Positions 27,936-37,854 of a stretch of 64,000 nt of DNA are shown piece by piece. The notes under the pieces are model-generated. The model ran no database searches, had not been told where the DNA came from, and saw only the letters and a list, made by a program, of their open reading frames with translations. The DNA is from a virus (taxonomy: Duplodnaviria; Heunggongvirae; Uroviricota; Caudoviricetes). A program made the translations under genes and the position numbers. Within the stretch, counting starts at the first letter, position 1. The number at the start of each line of letters is the position of its first letter. The stretch covers positions 19,662-83,661 of IMG/VR virus record IMGVR_UViG_3300014631_000001; one strand, given 5' to 3'.

Positions 27936-28940
27936 ATGTCATCAGCATTAATGAACCTTCTGAGCAAAGCTCGCGGCGACATCGCAGCTAAGCGTGGTAA
28001 CAACGTAGATATGGCTCGCCTGAAGGATGGCGACAACTACCTCCGTCTGTTCCCAAACAAAGACGATCCTGACGGCGTCTTCTATCAAACATGGGGTATG
28101 CACTTCGTTAAGTACCAGAACGACGAAGGCAAAGAAGCAACCACCGCCTACGTGTGTGATCAACACACCCACGGTCGTGCTTGCCAGCTGTGCGAAATGG
28201 TGATGGAAGGTAAAGCTCGTCATAAAGGCAATAAAGCAATGGAAGACCGCATTCAGGCAATGCGCGCTACTCCACGCTATCTGGTTAACGGCGTACTTTC
28301 TGCTCGTGAAGATTTCGCTGATGCGAAAGAAACCCAGCTGATTGAGCTTCCAGCGACCGTGTTCGATGACATTCTGAAAGTTATCGGCGAAGACCTTTCT
28401 GATGAAATTGGTAACCCGCTGAGCAAAACTGAAGGCTATGCGTTCTGCATTACCCGTACCGGTTCTGGTCGCGATACCAAATACAGCGTCTCTCCTAAGC
28501 GCAAAGTCTTCAAAGGCAACATCGAAGACAAGTTCTGGAACAAGCAGCATGATCTGATTGCTTTCGCAAACCAGGCTGACGAAACCAAATTGTTGGCTAC
28601 CACGCGTCACATGAGCCGTCAGATTGGTATCGCTGCGCCTTCTGCGATTGCCGCTGTTAAATCAACAACCACCTCAGCAGCAGCACTGCCAGGTTTCGGC
28701 TCCATCACCGGCCACGACGAATCCCCAGCGACTACTCACGGTGCAGCAGCTGTTGCGCGTGAAGAGACCCCGGCGCCATCGTCCATCGTTGATGAAGAAG
28801 TTGCTCGTGCGGTTGAAGCTGAGTTCGTGCCAGAAGCTGAAAAAGTTGCTGAGCCAGTGGCGACAACGCCAGCGGCAGAAGCATCTGCAGCAGCAGACCC
28901 GGCACTGGATTCACTTCTGGCTGAGCTGGAAGGTCTGTAA
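27936..28940 (+). CDS. gp32-like single-stranded DNA-binding protein
   Basis: Zinc-binding C...H...C..C (YVCDQHTHGRACQLC). Ala/Pro-rich linker and acidic C-terminal tail DSLLAELEGL. Confidence 0.6.
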   Translation: MSSALMNLLSKARGDIAAKRGNNVDMARLKDGDNYLRLFPNKDDPDGVFYQTWGMHFVKYQNDEGKEATTAYVCDQHTHGRACQLCEMVMEGKARHKGNKAMEDRIQAMRATPRYLVNGVLSAREDFADAKETQLIELPATVFDDILKVIGEDLSDEIGNPLSKTEGYAFCITRTGSGRDTKYSVSPKRKVFKGNIEDKFWNKQHDLIAFANQADETKLLATTRHMSRQIGIAAPSAIAAVKSTTTSAAALPGFGSITGHDESPATTHGAAAVAREETPAPSSIVDEEVARAVEAEFVPEAEKVAEPVATTPAAEASAAADPALDSLLAELEGL

Positions 28941-28958
28941 TCGTCGAATAGACGGAAA

Positions 28959-28988
28959 GAAGGCGTCTTCGGACGCCTTACTTTTTGG
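28959..28988 (+). terminator. terminator AAGGCGTCTTCGGACGCCTT + T-run
   Basis: Seen in the sequence. The identical hairpin recurs at 57493. Confidence 0.7.
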
Positions 28989-29000
28989 AAGGAGCATACC

Positions 29001-29951
29001 TTGAACTACTTATTCGTCGATGGTAACAGCCTCGGCTACTACCACCAGCAGCAGAAAGAGAAACTTCACAACGGTGAGATGGAAGTGCAGGCGATTTTCG
29101 GCTTCGTCAAAAACGTTCGTCGTTACGCCTCTATCCTTCGCGCGCGGCCAATTGTCTTTTGGGACGGGTTCAGCGATCGCCGCCGTTCGTTTTACCCAGA
29201 GTACAAAGCCAACCGAGACGACAACCCAGAAATGCTGAAGATGAAAGAAGGCTTTTCCAAACAAAAGCCTTATATCGTCAACATGATGAAAGTGCTGGGC
29301 GTAAACCAGTTCACCGCCAAAGATGGCGAAGCTGATGATCTGGCCGGCATGTTCGTTGAGAGGCTCGTTGATTCACCTGCAGTTGAGCACATCTATCTGC
29401 TTACTGGCGATCAGGACTGGCTTCAGCTGGTCAGTGAAAAGGTGACATGGGTGACCGTGAGAGCCGATGCTCAGCATAAGCAAATCAACTTCGAACAGTT
29501 TTCGGAGCTTACTGGCTACGCGACTCCCCGCGGCTTCCTCGAAGGCAAAGCTCTTCAGGGCGACAAGTCCGACAATATTGCTGCTGTGGGCGGTATTGGT
29601 GACGGCGGCGCTAAAGAGATTATTGCGGAATACGGCAGCGTTGTAACGATGGTGCGCGGCATTATGGACGGCAGCATTGTCATCGACAAAGGTCGCCATA
29701 AAACAGCATTCAACAACCTGGCCAAGAACGCCTTCAACGAGAAAACCAAATGCAGGATGCTCGAAGCTTTCAAGCGCAACATGTCACTGATGAACCTCAT
29801 CAAAACTCAGTTCCCACCGACTGTAATCGAGCCAGTTAAAGCTGAGCGCGATCATAAAGCATTTGAGCAGATGTGCCTTGAGCTTAACTTCCGGTCGTTC
29901 CTCGAAGATATGGACGTGTTCAAGCTGCCATTCGTAAGGTACTGCGCATGA
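29001..29951 (+). CDS. 5'-3' exonuclease / flap endonuclease (RNase H-like, PIN + H3TH)
   Basis: TTG start. Acidic PIN motifs (VDGNSL, GEADDLAGM) and KSDNIAAVGGIG helix-hairpin-helix. Confidence 0.7.
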   Translation: MNYLFVDGNSLGYYHQQQKEKLHNGEMEVQAIFGFVKNVRRYASILRARPIVFWDGFSDRRRSFYPEYKANRDDNPEMLKMKEGFSKQKPYIVNMMKVLGVNQFTAKDGEADDLAGMFVERLVDSPAVEHIYLLTGDQDWLQLVSEKVTWVTVRADAQHKQINFEQFSELTGYATPRGFLEGKALQGDKSDNIAAVGGIGDGGAKEIIAEYGSVVTMVRGIMDGSIVIDKGRHKTAFNNLAKNAFNEKTKCRMLEAFKRNMSLMNLIKTQFPPTVIEPVKAERDHKAFEQMCLELNFRSFLEDMDVFKLPFVRYCA

Positions 29952-30216
29952 TTCGCTCTTTGTTTACCGGACACCCATCAACCTACACCGCGCTGGCCAA
30001 AGAGGTCGTTTTCCTTCATGGGGAAAGCGCAGTGACTTGTCTACCAATAATTCTGTCACGCGCCGGTATGAGCGTCACCAAACGTGAGCTGGGGCAGGTA
30101 TCAGATCAGGTCATTAAGATGCTGTCACGCGTCAAAAAGAATCTCAATTGCGACTCGATTGAGTGGAACGAGGCGAAAGCCGCAGATCGTATAAAAGAAC
30201 AAGGATAAAACACATG

Positions 30217-31290
30217 GCTAAATCTAAACTGGCTCAGGCGCTGAATAAAGCGATGGGCAAAAACGACACCATCCAAAAGGTCGAGCAGTGGCTCGATACA
30301 GGATATGCCCCACTTAACCGCGCAATTTCAGGCCGTTACGATGGCGGTATGCCAGCTGGCCGTATTGTTGAGATCTTCGGTCCACCATCCGCAGGTAAAA
30401 CGTTTCTTGCCACCCGAGCGATGATCGCGGCTCAGCGCATGGGCGGCGTTGCAGCCTTTTTTGACCACGAAAACAGCTTTGACGTTGGCCTGGCGGTGGG
30501 CATGGGATTAGATGCTGACGAAGATGAAGGCTATTGGGTTTACAAGCAGCCAAACACCTTCGAGGACTCAGTTGAGAATATCGGCATCCTGCTTAACACC
30601 ATCCGTAGCAACGAGCTGATCCCCAAAGATGCACCGATCGTCATCGTTACCGACTCACTGGCGTCAATGGTGCCGCGTTCCAAAGCAGAGAAATTCACCA
30701 AGATGGCTGAAGGCACTGCCAAGGATAAAGACGAGTTGAACATGAACGACAACACGGCTCTGGCGCGTGCTACATCCGCGAACTTCCCTACACTCGCCCA
30801 ATGGTGTCGCCAGTACAACTGTCTTTTGATCGTACTGAACCAGGTGCGCACTAAAATTGGCGTAATGTTTGGCGACCCAACCACTTCACCTGGTGGTGAT
30901 TCGCCTAAGTTCTACGCCTCGGTGCGCATCCGATTGGGCGCAAGCCAGCTGAAGGATGGCAAAGAGAAGATCGGCCAGTGTGTTGGCGCTGAAGTTGTCA
31001 AAAACAAGGTTGCGCCGCCGTTTGAAAAATGCAGCTGGAATTTTTACTACGACACCGACCGCGGCCTCGATGTGGTGGAATCACTGGTTGAGCACATGCT
31101 TGAAGAAGGTTTACTGCCTAAGAACTCTTCTGGCCGTGTAGAGATTGGCGATAAAAAATACACTAAATCTCAGATCGTTGAGCTGTATCGCCAAAAGCCG
31201 ATGGAGGAAATTGTTGCGGCGCTGGCCAAGATCGACAGTGACAAACGAACCAAGATGGAAGCTGAAAAAGAGACCGCTGAAGCAGAGTAA
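30217..31290 (+). CDS. RecA/UvsX-family recombinase
   Basis: Walker A GPPSAGKTFLA, RecA-core and L1/L2-like regions. Start at the conserved AAAACACATG motif. Confidence 0.85.
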   Translation, partial: AKSKLAQALNKAMGKNDTIQKVEQWLDTGYAPLNRAISGRYDGGMPAGRIVEIFGPPSAGKTFLATRAMIAAQRMGGVAAFFDHENSFDVGLAVGMGLDADEDEGYWVYKQPNTFEDSVENIGILLNTIRSNELIPKDAPIVIVTDSLASMVPRSKAEKFTKMAEGTAKDKDELNMNDNTALARATSANFPTLAQWCRQYNCLLIVLNQVRTKIGVMFGDPTTSPGGDSPKFYASVRIRLGASQLKDGKEKIGQCVGAEVVKNKVAPPFEKCSWNFYYDTDRGLDVVESLVEHMLEEGLLPKNSSGRVEIGDKKYTKSQIVELYRQKPMEEIVAALAKIDSDKRTKMEAEKETAEAE

Positions 31291-31316
31291 TAAGGTTAAC
31301 AAATAGTCGATTAAAC

Positions 31317-31346
31317 GAGGGGTGCTAACGCGCCCCTTCTTTTTTG
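31317..31346 (+). terminator. rho-independent terminator GGGGTGCTAACGCGCCCC + T6
   Basis: Seen in the sequence. Confidence 0.65.
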
Positions 31347-31364
31347 GTTGCAATTAGGTAGTTA

Positions 31365-31385
31365 ACTACCTATTTTAGGTAAGCA
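31365..31385. promoter_or_regulatory. operator-like palindrome TTAGGTAGTTAACTACCTATT (best copy)
   Basis: One of 12 related copies; see findings. Confidence 0.5.
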
Positions 31386-31407
31386 CTATAAAACAATGGA
31401 TAAACAC

Positions 31408-31596
31408 ATGATTAAGTTCTACACCTTCGCCATCGGAGTGATTGCATCAGCCTTGGCTGTGTATCGTTTCATTGTGCCTGCCCTGTTCTCACTGAGTGAT
31501 GATTTCGCCATGGCGTTGGCCGCTGTTCTCGCTCTTTCTTATCCGGTCGCCCTGGTGACCATCTCTAAAAAAGTATGGAAACGCAAAAAAAAATGA
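31408..31596 (+). CDS. small membrane protein
   Basis: Two hydrophobic segments, about 62 aa. Confidence 0.4.
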   Translation: MIKFYTFAIGVIASALAVYRFIVPALFSLSDDFAMALAAVLALSYPVALVTISKKVWKRKKK

Positions 31597-32435
31597 AAAA
31601 GGTAATTGTCGCTCTGCTACTGGCAGCATCTGCATTCACGCTGACCGCGTGTGATCGTGAAACCGTCCCTGCGGGATACGTAGGTGTGAAAGTCGATCTG
31701 TATGGCACTGAAAAGGGCGTCCAACAGCAGGTTGTAGGCGTTGGACGCTATTGGCTGACCATGAACGAAGAACTGTACAAGTTCCCCACGTTCAACCAGC
31801 TGCACACGTATCACGACCCGTTCGTCTTCCAGACTTCGGACAGCATGACCATCTCCGCGCATGTTGGCGTTGAGTACGCTGTAGAACCTGACAAGGTGGC
31901 CAAAGTGTTCCAGACGTACCGCAAAGGCGTTGATGACATTACCACCAGCAATCTACGTCAGAACATTTCAGATGCACTGATCAAGCACTCCACTGATATG
32001 AACATCACGCAGCTGGCCGCAGGTGGCAAAACTAAACTGCTTGATGCGGTGACCAAAGATTTACGCGCGAGTCTTGAGCCGATCGGCATTCATATCGTGA
32101 AGCTGAGCTGGACGACCGATCTCGATTATCCGAAACAGGTGAAAGATTCCATCAACGCGAAGATCGAGGCCAATCAGAAAGCGGCTCGTGTAGAGAACGA
32201 AGTCGCTCAATCCAAAGCTGAAGCCCAAAAGGCTATCGAGTTGGCACGAGGTGAAGCTGAATCCAATCGCATTCGTGCTGAAGCAGAGGCTAACGCTATC
32301 ACCCTGCGCGGCCAAGCGCTTCGTAGCAATCCTGAAGTGCTGCAACTTGAGGCGATTAATCGCTGGGATGGCAAGACGCCGGTTTATGTCGCAGGCGGCA
32401 ACAGCGCCCCACCATTCGTACAGTTTAAGCCGTAA
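31596..32435 (+). CDS. SPFH/band-7 (prohibitin-like) lipoprotein
   Basis: Lipobox LTAC after the signal peptide. SPFH core plus coiled-coil tail (KIEANQKAARVENE...). Confidence 0.65.
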   Translation, partial: KKVIVALLLAASAFTLTACDRETVPAGYVGVKVDLYGTEKGVQQQVVGVGRYWLTMNEELYKFPTFNQLHTYHDPFVFQTSDSMTISAHVGVEYAVEPDKVAKVFQTYRKGVDDITTSNLRQNISDALIKHSTDMNITQLAAGGKTKLLDAVTKDLRASLEPIGIHIVKLSWTTDLDYPKQVKDSINAKIEANQKAARVENEVAQSKAEAQKAIELARGEAESNRIRAEAEANAITLRGQALRSNPEVLQLEAINRWDGKTPVYVAGGNSAPPFVQFKP

Positions 32436-32443
32436 CAAACACA

Positions 32444-32470
32444 AGGCGTCCAGTTGGACGCCTTTTTCTT
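32444..32470 (+). terminator. terminator AGGCGTCCAGTTGGACGCCT + T-run
   Basis: Seen in the sequence. Confidence 0.7.
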
Positions 32471-32516
32471 TCTGTCATTATAACCCATAAGAAAACAACT
32501 TGTTTTCTGAGTGAAT

Positions 32517-32753
32517 ATGAAATTCAAACACATACCACTTATTGACGTTACAACGCCCCGCTCTTTTCGGATCGCGATAGTTGACTGCTATTGGCTGACC
32601 AAGGGAGAGAACGTTGTAACTAATGAGCGTTACGGGAACTACATGTACAACTCAGACAGACGCGTTGTGGAACGAGTATTCAAACGTCACATTCAAGAGG
32701 ATGGTTACAGTGTCACACATATCCCCCTCGCGTTTATTGAAAGGAGAGATTAA
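32517..32753 (+). CDS. hypothetical protein
   Basis: Small ORF after the AAAACAACTTGTTTT motif. Confidence 0.4.
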   Translation: MKFKHIPLIDVTTPRSFRIAIVDCYWLTKGENVVTNERYGNYMYNSDRRVVERVFKRHIQEDGYSVTHIPLAFIERRD

Positions 32754-33455
32754 GTGTCTTTTGCATTAGAACCCATTGAACCAGAAATGACCCAGGTTCG
32801 GGGCGATAACGTTTCAAACCACCCTGCTTTTGGGATGGTTTCAGTAAACCGCATCCACTCAACCGGCACGACCTTATTCGCTTCTGACCTTCGCCATGCT
32901 GAAATCATAGAGCTGGAGATCTACGAAGGCCAGATGGTTGAAAGGGATGGTGTGCAAAACCCGGCGCGCGCTACACGACGCCCTATTACATCCATCAGCC
33001 TCAGTTCAGCTCAATGGGCTACTCTGGTTTGCAGCTTTGGCCTCGGCGAAGGTGTTCCTTGTACGCTCAATCGAACTAAAACTGGTGATAGCGTTCGCAT
33101 CCCTCCCATCAAACGGATGGAGTCCACACGTCAGCGATTTGACCGAAACATTGAAGAAGCAGCCCTGCGCCAGCTGGCAAACCTAGCTGAAGATCTGCAA
33201 TCCCTCAGAACGTTAATGGCCAAGGGAAAAGCCGGTAAGCGCGAGCTGGAAGAATTGTACCGTTCAATGTCTGCCCATCTGGGTAACCTGCCTAAAAACC
33301 TATCGTTCTCAACCCAACTGATCCAAGAGTCGATGGACAGCATTGTGTCAGCCGGAAAAGCCGAATTAGAAGCGTCAGCCGTTGGCGTGGCACTTCGCCT
33401 AGGAATCAAAGAGATTGGCCGCTTGGTCGAACTGGAGAACAAAACTGATGAGTAA
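32754..33455 (+). CDS. hypothetical protein (GTG start)
   Basis: 233 aa ORF. Confidence 0.5.
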   Translation: MSFALEPIEPEMTQVRGDNVSNHPAFGMVSVNRIHSTGTTLFASDLRHAEIIELEIYEGQMVERDGVQNPARATRRPITSISLSSAQWATLVCSFGLGEGVPCTLNRTKTGDSVRIPPIKRMESTRQRFDRNIEEAALRQLANLAEDLQSLRTLMAKGKAGKRELEELYRSMSAHLGNLPKNLSFSTQLIQESMDSIVSAGKAELEASAVGVALRLGIKEIGRLVELENKTDE

Positions 33456-33987
33456 CATCGAAGGTATCAAATGGGTGGCTGATGGTGAGCCGAATTTCTA
33501 CACGCTGGTTTCAGGCAAGAGCTGGTTCGGGAAACTCCAGCTGAACGGAGAGATGCACACCGTTGCTCAGGAGAAGTTTTTAAATGGCCTGTTCCCACAC
33601 TTGAAAGGAGAGGCGAGCAAGTCAGTAACGACGCTCACACCGGTAAAAATTATCGAAATCATGATCGATTGGCTGGAGTGCAACGTGGACATGGGCACAC
33701 CTATCATCTTTGACAATGATGATGACAACACGGATTCGGCAAAAGCCTTACCAGCTATGTACGAAGTGCTGCGCGTTCTTCGAGGTATAGGGGGGGCAAT
33801 CTTGACTGTGGTATGCGAAAGCGTGTGGCCGGGTGTCGATTGGTTTACTCCGGGTAAGGAGTATAGCGGTGTGTCAGACTCTGATGGCCAAGCGCTACAT
33901 ACTACTGACGACTTTGGCGACGATGCCCAGATCTTCATTGACCATTCTCACCACGGCATCTTTAAAACCAAAAAGGAAATACCATGA
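33445..33987 (+). CDS. hypothetical protein
   Basis: About 180 aa ORF with overlapping start. Confidence 0.5.
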   Translation: MMSNIEGIKWVADGEPNFYTLVSGKSWFGKLQLNGEMHTVAQEKFLNGLFPHLKGEASKSVTTLTPVKIIEIMIDWLECNVDMGTPIIFDNDDDNTDSAKALPAMYEVLRVLRGIGGAILTVVCESVWPGVDWFTPGKEYSGVSDSDGQALHTTDDFGDDAQIFIDHSHHGIFKTKKEIP

Positions 33988-34430
33988 CCAGCAAACCAAA
34001 GGGAAGCGCTCTGGCAGCGCTTTACAGCGCTTCTAACGCTGCGCTTGATGAAGTAGACCAGTTAAGAACGGATGGCTTCCCGCAGCCATTGTGGGCTGAA
34101 TCCATGCGTACTGCGATTGGTGAAATGGGCGCGCCCGACGTGGCTGAAGATGAGCTGCCCTGGCAAAAGCTGATCCGCGTGTATGCCGAAGAGATTGGGC
34201 CGACACCAGAACCAGAGCAGGCATTGCTGCTGAAGCTGTTCAAGGAGGCGGGTGAAAACTTACCAATTTGGCCGAGCACTTGCCATGAGGTGTTCCATTC
34301 GCAATTTAGAAAGATCGACATCTTTGAAAATTCCGTAGAGAGCAAAGAGGCAATCGTCTGGTTTCTTCTTCACCTCGATGATTGCTTCCCCCGCGTAGCC
34401 GCGAAGATGTGGCCTGTAGATAACGATTAA
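33984..34430 (+). CDS. hypothetical protein
   Basis: 148 aa, ATGA overlap. Confidence 0.5.
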   Translation: MTSKPKGSALAALYSASNAALDEVDQLRTDGFPQPLWAESMRTAIGEMGAPDVAEDELPWQKLIRVYAEEIGPTPEPEQALLLKLFKEAGENLPIWPSTCHEVFHSQFRKIDIFENSVESKEAIVWFLLHLDDCFPRVAAKMWPVDND

Positions 34431-34490
34431 TCGCCTATTTAAGTCAAATATAGTTAAGTAACCAACAACTTACAATAAGGGTATAAACAC

Positions 34491-34760
34491 ATGAAAACAC
34501 TTGTCAGAATCCACTCAAGTTGTGACTTCTCCGTCTTCCCTCTTTTCATTGTTGAAGCAGAGAATGAAGAGCTGATGGACGAGGCCATTGAACGCGCAAT
34601 TAACAGATGCACCGGTTATGAGGATGACCAGATAACCATCGACGAGAGCAATGTACGCTGGCGCGGCAGCCAATGTTGGTATCAGGAAGATACTCAACCG
34701 CTCTCCAATGAGAATGCAGAAACACTGGTGAGGATCTTATTGTTAGAAACCTACAGCTAA
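34491..34760 (+). CDS. hypothetical protein
   Basis: 89 aa with the conserved start motif. Confidence 0.45.
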   Translation: MKTLVRIHSSCDFSVFPLFIVEAENEELMDEAIERAINRCTGYEDDQITIDESNVRWRGSQCWYQEDTQPLSNENAETLVRILLLETYS

Positions 34761-34952
34761 CGCTTTCCTTACATTTCAAAAATAGGTTACTATCTACCTA
34801 TCTTATGGAGTTCGCATGACAGTAGCTTTGCAATTAACCTCTCTCCTTCTGGTAGTTTTATGCCGTCAGATGAAGAAAGCCTTCGAGCCAATGCCCGGGC
34901 GCGTTTATTACGCTTTCATGCTCAGCACCGCATTATTCATGTTCCTGTCGCC

Positions 34953-35327
34953 GGTGCTGAAATGAAACGGATCTCGTTAATCGCATTATTGATGCTTCCC
35001 ACTTTAGCCCAGGCTAACAGCCTGAAAACGTTGCAGTGTCACGCTGCCATCGTTCATTCAGCGGGAGAGCGAATCACTGGAGTTTCAGAGCGGATGACCG
35101 GTGCGCTGGTCATTGACAGCGGTATGGAGTTTTACGCGCTGCTCGGCTCTGCGATTTACAAGTCTCCCCCGCTGAAATCGCGGAAGAAGATGAAATTTGG
35201 TGTTGGCTCGGATGGCCAGACCTTTATTAAAAAGGATGCCGTGTACAGCGTGTCTTCTCAGGACACCAGTATCATATTTGACGAGTGTTCCGAGGTTAGT
35301 AATGATTTACACCATGCAAAAAAGTGA
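34953..35327 (+). CDS. secreted hypothetical protein
   Basis: Signal peptide MKRISLIALLMLPTLAQA. Confidence 0.45.
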   Translation, partial: GAEMKRISLIALLMLPTLAQANSLKTLQCHAAIVHSAGERITGVSERMTGALVIDSGMEFYALLGSAIYKSPPLKSRKKMKFGVGSDGQTFIKKDAVYSVSSQDTSIIFDECSEVSNDLHHAKK

Positions 35328-35540
35328 GATCCAAAAAGAGAGCGGTTACTGGCGCGCAAAGGGCTTTAAGCGTGAAGGGAACGAAGAGCTTCTGGATCGC
35401 TGGGACTGCACCATCACCTTCAAGCGCAAGCAGTGGCAGCATTTCGATAAGTTGAAAAACGAAATGACGATCACCGCACCGACACTCTTTGGGCTTCTTA
35501 AGAAAATCATCTAATTGGTTATCAAGAATTGACTGAGGTA

Positions 35541-35788
35541 TGTGGTTTTTACATACCGCAGTCAATGGCATTTGCCGAAGTACGCAACTCTACATACCGC
35601 AGTCAAGAAATCACATATTCTGGTTGGTTCAGGGTGGTTATCATTGACTGCGGTATGCGTATTACGCACCGCAGTCAAGATAGGATGTGAGACGCATATC
35701 TCAGTGAAGATTGCATGCCGCAGTCAATATCACATGTCGCAGCAAATAAACCGCATATCGCAGTCAATATACTGCATACCTCAGTCAA
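35541..35788. repeat. iteron array downstream of repA (8 copies of rCATrCCGCAGTCAA; one inverted), incA-like
   Basis: Copies at 35541, 35593, 35645 (inverted), 35664, 35713, 35732, 35753, 35774, spaced 20-50 bp. Confidence 0.8.
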
Positions 35789-36804
35789 TTTTCGGGTTTT
35801 GATTTAGCGAGAGCTTCTGCCAGTTTGACGGGATCTATACCTGCAGTTTTCAAAGCCTTAATGACTTCGTCGTAGTTCTCTTCTGACGGCGGCTGCTCTT
35901 CAACCTTTTGTTTAGGCAGCTTAGAAGTCTGGATCAGCTTCGGATTGCGGTAGTGAACGACGAAGAAGGTGGAGTTTCCGCGTTTAGTTTCGGTGTATTC
36001 GAGGTACCCGATTTCTTTCAGTTGCTCCATGGCCTTTCTAACAGTGTGATTTTGCGTGTAAACGCTTGAAGTCAGGTTAAGCCGGTCACGAAGGCGCTTC
36101 ATGGAAATGGGAGCGTGGTTTTGGGGTAGGCTTTCAATGAAGGTGTATAGAGCCTGGGCTGATTCTTTACGTGGCAGTGCATCAATGGCTTTAAGTCGAA
36201 GCAACACACGCCTATCCATGTCATAGAGTTCGAAGAGCTTAGGCTCAGCTTCAATTTCAACAACGTTTTCAACGGCATCGTATGATGCTGATTTTACCAG
36301 GTGTGTCACCCACCCTTTCGTATCGTTCTGGAACTTAAGCGTGACTGATGCCAATTTAAACAGGGAGTTACTGATACGATCTCGCATCTTCTGGTTGGAA
36401 CGCCGGCTATCGAATCCACACATCTTAACGAACTCGACAAACGTGAGCTTAAGCGCACTTCCCTGCACCCCATGCTCTGCCATCGAACGAACGATCCCCA
36501 GCCACACCTTAAAATCAGTGTCCATATCCAAACGTGACCCTGTAATTTTCACGTCGTTGTAGCCTTCGCTCTTTGCGATGGACAGCTGGACAAGTTCTTC
36601 GGTCGCATCTGTGATATTTTTACGGTTGGTTTTGCTCTTACTCGTTGATTTTAGAGTAGGAACAAACAGGCCGAGACGCATAAGCGGCACCGGCTGAACA
36701 GTGCTGGAGCTGTTAATATCCAGTGAAACGATCTCACCTGTCGATTTGTTTGTTTCTTCCAAATTCATAGGTAAGGTTTTGGATTTCTTGACCATTTTAA
36801 GCAC
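35785..36804 (-). CDS. repA: iteron-binding plasmid replication initiator RepA
   Basis: 339 aa. Basic N-terminus (MRLGLFVP...) typical of Rep_3-type initiators. Flanked by cognate iterons. The true start is probably the ATG at 36795. Confidence 0.7.
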   Translation of the reverse strand: MLKMVKKSKTLPMNLEETNKSTGEIVSLDINSSSTVQPVPLMRLGLFVPTLKSTSKSKTNRKNITDATEELVQLSIAKSEGYNDVKITGSRLDMDTDFKVWLGIVRSMAEHGVQGSALKLTFVEFVKMCGFDSRRSNQKMRDRISNSLFKLASVTLKFQNDTKGWVTHLVKSASYDAVENVVEIEAEPKLFELYDMDRRVLLRLKAIDALPRKESAQALYTFIESLPQNHAPISMKRLRDRLNLTSSVYTQNHTVRKAMEQLKEIGYLEYTETKRGNSTFFVVHYRNPKLIQTSKLPKQKVEEQPPSEENYDEVIKALKTAGIDPVKLAEALAKSKPEN

Positions 36805-36814
36805 CAGCAGTTGT

Positions 36815-36940
36815 TCACATGCCGTAAGTGTAACTGCATATCTCAGTCAAGGTAAATACATACCACAGTTAATGAATTTGCGTACCGCAGTTGGTAGGTT
36901 CACATGTCGCAGTCATGATTCTGCACACTACAGTCAATAT
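36815..36940. repeat. upstream iteron cluster (about 5 degenerate copies), incC/origin-like
   Basis: GCATATCTCAGTCAA, ACATACCACAGTTAA, GCGTACCGCAGTTGG, ACATGTCGCAGTCAT, GCACACTACAGTCAA. Confidence 0.7.
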
Positions 36941-36975
36941 CGATCCTATCTCAGCCCTGTGGTGGCGTGGGTTTG

Positions 36976-37065
36976 CGGCGATCGGGGATCTCTTTTGGAT
37001 CTCCGTTAGGATCACTTAGGGATCAATTTATTGGATCGATACTGTGGAAATTGGGGATAAACAAA
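36976..37065. other. putative plasmid origin region: six GATC sites within 58 bp, then DnaA-box-like TGTGGAAAT and TTGGGGATAA (reverse complement TTATCCCCA)
   Basis: GATC at 36980, 36987, 36998, 37010, 37021, 37034, mostly in rGGATCw context. DnaA-box-like 9-mers at 37043 and 37051. Confidence 0.55.
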
Positions 37066-37137
37066 ACAGGCAGTTACAGCCTAACGCTAAACTTATGCGT
37101 TACAGTCGCAAATATTTCCACCGGCAAGAGTAGACCA

Positions 37138-37782
37138 ATGGATCTGAAACGAACACGCTGGGTTCGCCGTCTCGAAGATGGCACCTACACCATTGAGCCA
37201 GACAGCAAACTTAATTCCCAGAAAGAACTATGCGACCTCTGTGGGATTGCATCAAAATGCCCAATCAATGAGGCACGGCACAGGTTTAAGGCTACAGGGG
37301 CTGATTTCCACTTAAATTCTTGTCTGCGGTATGTGCCGCTTATCGTGTTTCGTAAACCGATCATCGGATTGAATGAGCCTTACTTCAACACGCTCCGCAG
37401 CGGAGTTACCTGGGTTAACCGTGTAGAGCCAGGTAAAATCGTGTGTCTGGTAGACGCAGCGAACGGAGAGCGAATCAGGTTCGCAAAAGTGGATCGAGTC
37501 TGTTCGGGGCCATACGAAGAAATGCTTCGGAAACACAGCCGATTCAACCACCTTTGCATGGGCGGTGAAAGCGTCGATAAGGTTTCTGAAGTAATCCGCA
37601 AATCCTATGGGCATTTTCTGAAGCCTGATAGTCAGCTGACGGCCATTTATCTACGGAGCATCAGCCGTGAACATGATGTTGAGTATCACACGGATCATGA
37701 ACTTGAATTAGAAGATCCTCGTGCAAAAGCACCAGTGATAGATATGGCCTCGCTGCGCAGAAAGCGCGAGAAGACGATTTAA
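37138..37782 (+). CDS. hypothetical protein
   Basis: About 214 aa ORF from the first ATG after the origin region. Confidence 0.45.
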   Translation: MDLKRTRWVRRLEDGTYTIEPDSKLNSQKELCDLCGIASKCPINEARHRFKATGADFHLNSCLRYVPLIVFRKPIIGLNEPYFNTLRSGVTWVNRVEPGKIVCLVDAANGERIRFAKVDRVCSGPYEEMLRKHSRFNHLCMGGESVDKVSEVIRKSYGHFLKPDSQLTAIYLRSISREHDVEYHTDHELELEDPRAKAPVIDMASLRRKREKTI

Positions 37783-37854
37783 CTCTATCAGATGGGTGAA
37801 CGCACCAGAGATTACGTTCACCCCTTAGAGAAGCGTACAGCGGGCTTTTGCTAT

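Noticed and set aside
27948-28610. 220-aa minus-strand ORF
   Set aside because: Antisense to the gp32-like SSB gene. Composition is the mirror of the sense gene. No start context.
35541-35788. Possible CRISPR array
   Set aside because: Repeats are 15 bp, with irregular 20-50 bp spacing. One is inverted and they abut repA. This is iteron architecture, not a repeat-spacer array. No cas genes.
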